Origin: a virus
IMG/VR virus record: IMGVR_UViG_3300020048_000012
DNA length: 64,000 nucleotides
Direction: 5' to 3' (one strand)
The notes beneath the pieces were generated by a model. The model searched no databases, was not told where the DNA came from, and saw only the letters and a list, made by a program, of their open reading frames with translations. The translations under genes and the position numbers were made by a program. Positions 26,908-33,579 of the stretch are shown piece by piece (the first letter of the stretch is position 1; the number at the start of each line of letters is the position of its first letter).

Positions 26908-26982
26908 TGGTGCTCCCATAAGGACTTGCGCCCTACTCTGAGGCTTACAAAACCCCTGCATCGCTATCTATGCTTTGAGAGC
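26908..26982 (-). tRNA. tRNA-Thr(TGT)
   Basis: GGGGT-TTTGTAA-GCCTC, CCA. Confidence 0.85.
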
Positions 26983-27109
26983 AGATCCAACTGTGAACTT
27001 ATGCTAAGCCGTTGGCGCTTTCGCAGCCAGATCAAGGTTCTGGAAGACCTAAATTGGTGGGATCAGTTTCACAGTCGTCCCGGCGTGTAGGATATACTAC
27101 AACTATATC

Positions 27110-27180
27110 TGGATGCGGGTGAAGGGCACGATCCTTCTGGGCCGAGCTTATGAGACTGGCCGATCACCTGAATACCCGCA
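27110..27180 (-). tRNA. tRNA-Met(CAT)-like with reduced D arm (71 nt)
   Basis: TGCGGGT/ACCCGCA, loop CTCATAA, CCA. Confidence 0.65.
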
Positions 27181-27236
27181 ATATTTTGTTTATTGATTAA
27201 TTATACAACAATTTCTATTTAATAGAAAATCTAATT

Positions 27237-27311
27237 TGGCTCCCCAGGAAAGGTTCGAACTTCCGACCAAGTGATTAACAGTCACCTACTCTACCACTGA
27301 GCTACTAGGGA
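27237..27311 (-). tRNA. tRNA-Asn(GTT)
   Basis: GGTGA-CTGTTAA-TCACT, G73, CCA. Confidence 0.93.
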
Positions 27312-27413
27312 ATAATAAAAATGTAGTGTAACTGGAGTCTTAATTACCAGTATAGCGCAGGCGCACGCGGGAGACTAATCATCTCAGGCAAGTGATAACG
27401 CCTACTACAAAAT

Positions 27414-27499
27414 TGGCTCCACGGGTAGGGATCGAACCTACGATTGTCAAAAGACGACTGGTTAACAGCCAGCTGCATTACCTCTCTGCGCACCGTGGA
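27414..27499 (-). tRNA. tRNA-Asn(GTT) with long variable arm (86 nt)
   Basis: GCTGG-CTGTTAA-CCAGT, extra arm GTC-TTTT-GAC, G73, CCA. Confidence 0.85.
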
Positions 27500-27587
27500 A
27501 TAAAATTCATTGAATCGATTCGGAATTTAACCGCTCTGTTTCCTCTTTCGAGTGAAGGCTCGTTCGACACCTCCCAGATCACTTATT

Positions 27588-27661
27588 TGGTTGGTCTGTT
27601 ACGAATTGAACGTAAATCGGTCGCTTATAAGGCAACTGCTCTCCCATTGAGCTACAGTCCA
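27588..27661 (-). tRNA. tRNA-Ile(TAT)
   Basis: GTTGC-CTTATAA-GCGAC, CCA. Confidence 0.85.
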
Positions 27662-27669
27662 ATAAATTT

Positions 27670-27744
27670 TGGTACCTGGTGTTGGTTACGCTCCAACTAC
27701 AAACGCCTTATCAAGACGCTACCTCGCTATTCGGTCTACCAGGC
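27670..27744 (-). tRNA. tRNA-Ile(GAT)
   Basis: GCGTC-TTGATAA-GGCGT, CCA. Confidence 0.85.
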
Positions 27745-28013
27745 ATGCGGACCCAGATTTATGTCATTAGGCCCATTAGACAGAGGTCTCTTGAGTTTAG
27801 ATAGTCAAGCTATCAAAGCGAGTTGGAGACACTGCTTATACATTTGAGTTCCCGTTTGTCATTGTGGCACGGGTCGCCTTGACGTCCTCAAAAAGGTTCT
27901 CAGAAACTGTGTTAACAGTCTTGTCTCGTAAGAAGGAGATCTTGCGTGTTCGTGTGAAAAAGCCCAATCAGTTGGCACTACTTGCGACTCGACTTCTACG
28001 TCTATCTGAAATT

Positions 28014-28090
28014 TGGAGCGTCCACCCGGATTCGAACCGGGACCATCAGCTTGGAAGGCTGTCATGCTAGCCGTTAAACACCATGAACGC
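28014..28090 (-). tRNA. tRNA-Gly(TCC)
   Basis: ACAGC-CTTCCAA-GCTGA, U73, CCA. Confidence 0.92.
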
Positions 28091-28096
28091 AAAACT

Positions 28097-28222
28097 TGGT
28101 GTGTAGAGTAGGTCTCGAAGCCTACAAATAGTACCATACTCTGAGTCGTTAAACTCATATCAGAATCGAACTGAATGACCAGGCTCATCACCCGGCGCGT
28201 TTACCAATTACGCCATCTACAC
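28097..28222 (-). ncRNA. 126-nt tRNA-like RNA with 53-nt variable region
   Basis: Acceptor GTGTAGA/TCTACAC-A-CCA, Leu-type D arm, loop TGATGAG, second T-loop hairpin in variable region. Confidence 0.65.
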
Positions 28223-28230
28223 ATAAAAAC

Positions 28231-28305
28231 TGGTATCCCGTATCGGTTATGCTCCGATCTCAGTAGGGTGAAGGCCTACTTGCCACACTAGCTGCATCAC
28301 GGGAT
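28231..28305 (-). tRNA. tRNA-Glu(TTC)
   Basis: GTAGG-CCTTCAC-CCTAC, CCA; atypical T loop. Confidence 0.8.
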
Positions 28306-28314
28306 ATAAAAACT

Positions 28315-28389
28315 TGGCGATCTTAGCCGGTAACGATCCGGCTCTTCCTCTTAGACAGAGAGGTGTGCGTCCATGAACACTTTAAGACC
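28315..28389 (-). tRNA. tRNA-Asp(GTC)
   Basis: CCTCT-CTGTCTA-AGAGG, G73, CCA. Confidence 0.9.
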
Positions 28390-28747
28390 TAAAATTCAAG
28401 TCACAACCATTGGGACTCATACCCATTCTATAAAGTGTACCAGTGTGACCAGCGTACACGAAGTTTACTCATGGGCATTTACTTTCCCATTAATTCTTAA
28501 ATTAGGTCGGGAATACACGGCGTTAGAAATAAAGTGGCTCTCGGTTTCGAATCAAAAGCGTATGAATATAACTTCTGTCCCTAGGCAGTCTTTCCGCCGA
28601 CAATGTGTTTCAAACCCCTACTGGACCGACTTACTCTCGCATCGTCAATGATCTGTGGCTTAGTACGTCCAGCATTATTGAAGACCTCCCAGTCTCGGAA
28701 GGCTCGGCACCCATCTACTCATCCTACTAAACATTGTCTTAGTAACT

Positions 28748-28824
28748 TGGCTCCCGTGGCACTCATCGCATAGTGCGTTATCTAACCATTGGCTAAGGTC
28801 CGCGCAGACCCGCTAAACACGGAA
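28748..28824 (-). pseudogene. degenerate tRNA-like sequence
   Basis: Acceptor TTCCGTG/CACGGGA-G-CCA and T-like arm present; D and anticodon arms irregular. Confidence 0.45.
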
Positions 28825-28831
28825 ATAAAAT

Positions 28832-28917
28832 TGGTGGAGTTTGTCACAGGCTTTCACTGTGATTTGCTCAGCTAAGTTATAGCTGCTTTCGTCCTATATG
28901 TTACGTATTCAAACCCC
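28832..28917 (-). ncRNA. D-armless tRNA-like RNA with Ala acceptor identity
   Basis: GGGGTTTG/CAAACTCC-A-CCA (G3:U70), arm CAGCT-ATAACTT-AGCTG, arm TCACAG-TGAAAGC-CTGTGA. Confidence 0.55.
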
Positions 28918-28983
28918 ATAAATTGGTGGACCCCTGTTTCTATGCCTGGGCCCATTGATAGAGTATCTACTATCAGCATGTTT

Positions 28984-29059
28984 TGGTGGAGGTGAGGAGG
29001 ATCGAACTCCTATCTAAGCATTGCAAGTGCTCCGTGTAACCCATTATCACTACACCCCC
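28984..29059 (-). tRNA. tRNA-Ala(TGC)
   Basis: G3:U70, GAGCA-CTTGCAA-TGCTT, CCA. Confidence 0.92.
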
Positions 29060-29065
29060 AAAAAC

Positions 29066-29137
29066 TGGTGGACCTATGGGGAATCGAACCCCAAGCATGG
29101 CATTGCAAGTGCCTTTCCCGTCCCATACGGTAAGCCC
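29066..29137 (-). tRNA. tRNA-Ala(TGC), short D arm
   Basis: G3:U70, AGGCA-CTTGCAA-TGCCA, CCA. Confidence 0.82.
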
Positions 29138-29253
29138 AAAATAAAAGTAACGGTATATGGATTCTTTCCCGTCAGTTGCAGAATTGAACTTTCGAACAAT
29201 CGCCACATTCCAAGTACTCCGTGAAAGGGAGGATGTATCTGCATCTTATAAAC

Positions 29254-29329
29254 TGGTCAGTGATGTTGGTCCCGCCCCAACGGCCTCTCGCTTCCAAAAC
29301 GAGTACTCTACTAGCTGAGCTAATCACTG
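29254..29329 (-). tRNA. tRNA-Pro(TGG)
   Basis: CTCGT-TTTGGAA-GCGAG, C1-G72, CCA. Confidence 0.87.
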
Positions 29330-29434
29330 TAAATTCTTGCTGTGGTAGCTAATACCTCAAGCACAAGCAGTGCATCCCAGTTACGCTGGTTCGTTTATGC
29401 AAGGGCGAGTTTGCTTACGCCTTAGAGTGCTCAT

Positions 29435-29510
29435 TGGTCTCCATACGAGGATTTGAACCTCGGCTTCTTGGTCCCAAACCAAGTGCGCTACCAGGCTACG
29501 CAATACGGAG
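29435..29510 (-). tRNA. tRNA-Pro(TGG)
   Basis: CTTGG-TTTGGGA-CCAAG, CCA. Confidence 0.93.
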
Positions 29511-29516
29511 AAAATC

Positions 29517-29602
29517 TGGTGGATGCGGTAGGATTCGAACCTACAAGTCCGTGAGGAGCCGGATTTACAGTCCGGGGAGCCAACCAATTGCTCAACACAT
29601 CC
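29517..29602 (-). tRNA. tRNA-Tyr(GTA)
   Basis: CCGGA-CTGTAAA-TCCGG, long variable arm, CCA. Confidence 0.92.
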
Positions 29603-29610
29603 AAAATTAA

Positions 29611-29720
29611 TTATACATAAACATACTCGCATCTGCCTTTGGAGCCGCGTGTTCCTCCCCTTGTTTTACCACAGGATCCTGTGGAGGAGTGTGCACATTT
29701 ACACCAATGTTTATGTATAA
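29611..29720 (-). ncRNA. inverted-repeat-bounded RNA cassette I
   Basis: Perfect 14-bp arms ttatacataaacat / atgtttatgtataa. Confidence 0.45.
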
Positions 29721-29831
29721 TCATATTGAAACATATTCCAGGGGGATTCGCACTTGCCTTTTCTTCAGTAAACACTGACCCTGCATCTTAAATCAATAAG
29801 AGGAACCTAACAAAATATGTTTCAATATGAT
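29720..29831 (-). ncRNA. inverted-repeat-bounded RNA cassette J
   Basis: Perfect 18-bp arms atcatattgaaacatatt / aatatgtttcaatatgat. Confidence 0.5.
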
Positions 29832-29914
29832 CCCGAGGGTATCTCGGTAAATTGAGTAGCATTCCAGCGACAGTCCGATTACCAGTCGGATGCCTGCATC
29901 TCTACACAATCATT

Positions 29915-30036
29915 ATCATATTCAAATGCTCCGGGAATACTGAAGGGCATTCTTAGCATCTCTCTTTCCACAGTATAAGACGAATGGAAGATTGCTTAAC
30001 TCACCCCATGTTCAAACCAAAACACTTGAATATGAT
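29915..30036 (-). ncRNA. inverted-repeat-bounded RNA cassette K
   Basis: Perfect 11-bp arms atcatattcaa / ttgaatatgat. Confidence 0.4.
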
Positions 30037-30598
30037 TCCTGAAGCAGTGAACCAGCACACGTGTCCGGCGCTTACTTCAGGATATCATGAAAAATCATCA
30101 AATTTTGAAAGAACAAATCGGGATATCTTACGATACATTACATGCAACAAGGATCGACCAAGCCGCAAACTTTCGTTCACCTCATCAAACATCATTTCTG
30201 TGTTCAACTACCTTAGTGCGCCACTTAGTGGACTACACTCAGAACCCGATTAAAATTTTAAAGAATCTTTCTTGAAGTCCCGATCAACTTCTAAGATTTT
30301 ATTATACCACATTTACTAATTAAAGTAAACAAGTATTTTAAAAATTGTGATACGCTTGGTGTGAAACAAGTCGTCTTTATGTGCGTTCTTTTTTGGCTAT
30401 ACCTGCGAGTTTCACGCAGCGTCAATAAACACATAAATTTCACAATTTTTAAAGAACTTCCAAGCAAACTCGATGGTTTGTTTGTTTATGGATTTATTAT
30501 ACCACGAAGTCTATTTAATGTACACCGTTTTATGCATTATTTTTAGTGCTTCAGGTGACTTCAAGAGACTTACGTTGGTATACTTACACTTGCCCGAT

Positions 30599-30649
30599 GA
30601 ACAATGACGTACGTACACTTGATGCACATAAGTTGTTGATTTATATAGG
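30599..30649. repeat. promoter-upstream module copy 3
   Basis: gaacaatgacgtacgtac...taagttgttgatttatatagg. Confidence 0.88.
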
Positions 30650-30655
30650 CCTAAA

Positions 30656-30730
30656 TGGCATCCCGACTAGGACTCGAACCTAGACATGCAGTTTTGGAGA
30701 CTGCAGTGCTGCCAATTACACTATCGAGAT
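30656..30730 (-). tRNA. tRNA-Trp(CCA)
   Basis: GCAGT-CTCCAAA-ACTGC, G73, CCA. Confidence 0.93.
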
Positions 30731-30743
30731 ATGAAAATACAAA

Positions 30744-30818
30744 GGGGTGACCTATGGGGAATGCTCCCATTCTATCGCTTTCACAGAGCGAGGTGCGAAA
30801 CTTTTACACTAAGGTCAC
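30744..30818 (-). tRNA. tRNA-His(GTG), CCA not encoded
   Basis: TCGCT-CTGTGAA-AGCGA, C73. Confidence 0.85.
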
Positions 30819-30836
30819 ACCTTTGTATTCTAAACT

Positions 30837-30913
30837 TGGTGCGTCTGGAGGGATTTGAACCCCCAACAGTTCGGGTAGAAGCCGAGTACTCTATCCAGTT
30901 GAGTTACAGACGC
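30837..30913 (-). tRNA. tRNA-Arg(TCT)
   Basis: CTCGG-CTTCTAC-CCGAA, CCA. Confidence 0.92.
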
Positions 30914-30920
30914 AAATTCT

Positions 30921-30997
30921 TGGTGCCCGAGGTCAGATTCGAACCGACACGATTTTGATTTTGAATCAAACGCCTCTACCAATTGGGCTACACGGGC
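30921..30997 (-). tRNA. tRNA-Leu(CAA), short variable loop
   Basis: TTTGA-TTCAAAA-TCAAA, CCA. Confidence 0.88.
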
Positions 30998-31006
30998 AAA
31001 TATTCT

Positions 31007-31083
31007 TGGTGCGAATGGCGGGACTCGAACCCGCAGATTATGGGTTTTAAGCCCACTGCCTATACCAATTCGGCTACATTCGC
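31007..31083 (-). tRNA. tRNA-Leu(TAA), short variable loop
   Basis: GTGGG-CTTAAAA-CCCAT, CCA. Confidence 0.9.
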
Positions 31084-31097
31084 ATACTAACTAATTC

Positions 31098-31185
31098 TGG
31101 CGGAGCATGTAGGAATCGAACCTACTCACCACTTACGCAGTGACAGATTAGCAATCTGTTGCCTTAACCGGTCGGCCAATGCTCC
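31098..31185 (-). tRNA. tRNA-Ser(GCT)
   Basis: ACAGA-TTGCTAA-TCTGT, long arm, G73. Confidence 0.93.
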
Positions 31186-31193
31186 TTAAAATT

Positions 31194-31268
31194 TGGTGCT
31201 TCGTGACAGATTCGAACTGCCGACCCTCGCCGTGTAAAAGCGTAGCTCTACCACTGAGCTAACGAAGC
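31194..31268 (-). tRNA. tRNA-Val(TAC)
   Basis: Loop TTTACAC, CCA. Confidence 0.9.
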
Positions 31269-31269
31269 A

Positions 31270-31503
31270 TTAACCATTTCGTCTACACTTATAGACATAT
31301 TCTAATCCATCTGGCAATACGCCATCATTGATACTATCAACACCAGATTTTCCAACTTGATTTGGATCTTCGCATACTGTTGTAACAAATGACATACCCA
31401 ATTTACGCATTCCTTCTGACACTTCTAACGCTCTAAGTAGAGTCGCTGTGTCTACAGCGTGTGACCAGTTTGTGACTGGATCAGTATAATACACTTTAAA
31501 CAT
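31270..31503 (-). CDS. hypothetical protein
   Basis: ORF track 77 aa between tRNAs. Confidence 0.7.
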   Translation of the reverse strand: MFKVYYTDPVTNWSHAVDTATLLRALEVSEGMRKLGMSFVTTVCEDPNQVGKSGVDSINDGVLPDGLEYVYKCRRNG

Positions 31504-31518
31504 AATTCACTTTATTTA

Positions 31519-31595
31519 TGGTGGGGATGGAGAGACTCGAACTCTCAGCTTACGGCTTCTAAGACCGCTGCGTCTACCAATTGCGCCACATCCCC
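31519..31595 (-). tRNA. tRNA-Leu(TAG), short variable loop
   Basis: GCGGT-CTTAGAA-GCCGT, CCA. Confidence 0.9.
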
Positions 31596-31604
31596 GAAAT
31601 ATAT

Positions 31605-31678
31605 TGGTCAGTGATGGAGGTACCGCCCCTCCGCTTCAAGTTTCCAAAACTCGTAGACTACTTTTATCTCAATCACTG
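31605..31678 (-). tRNA. tRNA-Pro(TGG)
   Basis: CGAGT-TTTGGAA-ACTTG, CCA; acceptor identical to copy at 29254. Confidence 0.8.
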
Positions 31679-31685
31679 ATTAATC

Positions 31686-31759
31686 TGGTGCCCCTTCAAG
31701 GAATTGAACCTCATTCTGATGCTTACAAGGCAACTGTAATACCAATATACTAAAAGGGC
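31686..31759 (-). tRNA. tRNA-Thr(TGT)
   Basis: GTTGC-CTTGTAA-GCATC, CCA. Confidence 0.88.
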
Positions 31760-31763
31760 TTCT

Positions 31764-31834
31764 AATATTTGAGCATACTAACTGGATCCATCTCGCACTA
31801 GGTGCATCTCGGGCGATCAATATGCTCAAATATT
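31764..31834 (-). ncRNA. inverted-repeat-bounded RNA cassette M
   Basis: Perfect 14-bp arms aatatttgagcata / tatgctcaaatatt. Confidence 0.45.
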
Positions 31835-31874
31835 GGAGCTGCTACGGAGAATCGAACTCCGCTTGTCGGGATGA
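31834..31874 (-). pseudogene. 3' half of split tRNA-Glu
   Basis: TCAT-CCCGA-CAAG-CGGAG-TTCGATT-CTCCG-TAGCAGC-T-CCA; no 5' half adjacent. Confidence 0.85.
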
Positions 31875-31876
31875 TC

Positions 31877-31951
31877 TGGAGTCGCATACGGGAATCGAAC
31901 CCGTCTCTACAGCATGAAAGGCTGTTGATCTAACCGATAATCTAATGCGAC
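31877..31951 (-). tRNA. tRNA-Glu(TTC), intact, overlapping endonuclease stop
   Basis: ACAGC-CTTTCAT-GCTGT, GTCGCAT/ATGCGAC, CCA. Confidence 0.92.
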
Positions 31952-32616
31952 ATTGTTCTACCTTGTTTAAATCCTTCTGGTATTATATCACTATCTTTTA
32001 TTCTGGTGTTCACTTTACCATCAGTTATCCAAACTTGCTTATATTTTCTTTTATATTCTTTAACTTTTTTACCAAGTAATGAATCAGAAATTTTCTTCTT
32101 CATCTCATCTGTCATTGTGTTCTTAGATTTTTGATGTCTGCCGGCACAAATTCTACTACAAAATTTTGTTTCGGTTTTTATCTTTCTCTCTGTTTCAAAC
32201 TCAATTTTACAACAATCACAGAGATGTTTATATTTTGGTTTATATCCATCGTATAGTTCAAAGTATTTCTTTGTTCCATATTTTCGAGTAACATATTCAA
32301 ATGCGTATTGTAAATCATCTTTACGTAACACATTTACAATATAACCAAAAGATTCAGCAACCTTTGTTTTCTTATCAACAAATTCTTGTTTCTCGTATCC
32401 CTTTGTTTCTATTATCGTTTTTCCATCAGATAATAGAAAATCAGGATAATAAGTTATTCCATCTTTTTCTAACTTTCCAGGAAATCTTTCGAACTCAATG
32501 TGGTGATCTAAACTATAGATCACCCAACACAATTCATAAGTGCTACCGCAATATATTCCATTATAGTATCCACTTTTTGATCTTCCAGAACCTTCTCTAT
32601 ATCCACCTATTGTCAT
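31942..32616 (-). CDS. PD-(D/E)XK-type free-standing homing endonuclease with Zn-finger and NUMOD-like tail
   Basis: YYPDFLL...IIETKG catalytic motif; CDCC/CSRIC; VWITDG; late promoter 32635-32642. Confidence 0.8.
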   Translation of the reverse strand: MTIGGYREGSGRSKSGYYNGIYCGSTYELCWVIYSLDHHIEFERFPGKLEKDGITYYPDFLLSDGKTIIETKGYEKQEFVDKKTKVAESFGYIVNVLRKDDLQYAFEYVTRKYGTKKYFELYDGYKPKYKHLCDCCKIEFETERKIKTETKFCSRICAGRHQKSKNTMTDEMKKKISDSLLGKKVKEYKRKYKQVWITDGKVNTRIKDSDIIPEGFKQGRTMSH

Positions 32617-32634
32617 ATAACACCTCCATTTTAT

Positions 32635-32642
32635 TATTTATA
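32635..32642 (-). promoter_or_regulatory. late promoter TATAAATA for endonuclease gene
   Basis: Exact consensus followed by SD GGAGG. Confidence 0.72.
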
Positions 32643-32651
32643 TAAAATGAG

Positions 32652-32677
32652 TGTCCTAACCGATAGACGATAGCAGC
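32652..32677 (-). pseudogene. 5' half of split tRNA-Glu
   Basis: GCTGCTA-TC-GTCT-ATCGGTTA-GGAC-A; GCTGCTA pairs perfectly with TAGCAGC at 31838-31844. Confidence 0.85.
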
Positions 32678-32762
32678 AAAAATTTGCGAGCATCTCACGA
32701 TGTGTCGACTTCGTATCTTATGCACCGTATTCGACCGATGACTCAGAAAAATACGCTATAAC

Positions 32763-33044
32763 TCAGCGACGTTGTACGTATACGTCGATCGTGCGTGCAT
32801 CTTCAAGCTTGAAGCTTTTGACACACTGATTCTTGTATTTCGCGTAAGCAGGATTTCCTTTGCCTAAACGAGCTTTTAAACAAACTCTAAACAATACCGG
32901 AGTTTGCTTGTGCCACTTTGCGGTCAAGACTGCACTTTTGTTGACAGAACGAATTGACTTGCGAACCGCTTCAATTTTGTCCATGTCAGACGTACTCATC
33001 GGGTCAGCGGTGAATACGTAAGCGTCTGTTCTTGCCTTTTTCAT
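32763..33044 (-). CDS. early hypothetical protein
   Basis: ORF track; directly downstream of early promoter 33070. Confidence 0.7.
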   Translation of the reverse strand: MKKARTDAYVFTADPMSTSDMDKIEAVRKSIRSVNKSAVLTAKWHKQTPVLFRVCLKARLGKGNPAYAKYKNQCVKSFKLEDARTIDVYVQRR

Positions 33045-33088
33045 AATCTATCCTTGTTTCGATAGATCAATTATACCACAAAGTCTAA

Positions 33089-33250
33089 TTATTGTACACC
33101 GTTTTCTTCTTTTTTCTTGCCGTATGTCTTAACGATGCTTTCGCCGCTAATCATCATATTCTTAAAATGATTGCGCTGTTCATCGCTTGTCAAAGTCGCC
33201 ATCAAGCGCTTTGTCTGTTTCGAAAGTTTAAAATGTCCATTTGTCTTCAT
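33089..33250 (-). CDS. small hypothetical protein (start MKTNGHF)
   Basis: ORF track frame; SD GGAG before ATG at 33250. Confidence 0.55.
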   Translation of the reverse strand: MKTNGHFKLSKQTKRLMATLTSDEQRNHFKNMMISGESIVKTYGKKKEENGVQ

Positions 33251-33276
33251 AATATCTCCATTAAAAAATATATACA

Positions 33277-33355
33277 TGGTGGGAGGTCTAGGAATCGAAC
33301 CTAGTTCTTCTGCTCTTCAGGCAGACGCTGGAATCACCAGACTAGCTCACCTCCC
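33277..33355 (-). tRNA. tRNA-Phe(GAA)
   Basis: TCTGC-CTGAAGA-GCAGA, CCA. Confidence 0.92.
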
Positions 33356-33363
33356 GAAATTCA

Positions 33364-33579
33364 CTAAATCTTCATCAATCCATCAAAATACGCTTTCCAC
33401 GATTTAGCATATTGGTCTACACTAAACTGCAGTGTCGTATACATCTGCGTATAAAACCATCCGTAATGTTTTACAGCATCTTCAAGCGTTTCACTTTTCA
33501 ATGCGCGTTTGAGATGATATGACGCTGGAATTTTATACATTCTTTCTTTCCTCTGCAATCTTCTGGATAACATGTTCAA
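33364..33579 (-). CDS. hypothetical protein
   Basis: ORF track. Confidence 0.5.
   Translation of the reverse strand: MNMLSRRLQRKERMYKIPASYHLKRALKSETLEDAVKHYGWFYTQMYTTLQFSVDQYAKSWKAYFDGLMKI

Noticed and set aside
29738-29765. Cobalamin riboswitch-like GTGCGAATCC in cassette J
   Set aside because: Only a T-loop-like fragment; B12 box and the other conserved elements are absent
26827-30958. ORF-track entries inside the tRNA array (e.g. 27392..27847, 27859..28191, 29984..30253)
   Set aside because: They run across tRNA genes or structured spacers and have no protein-like features
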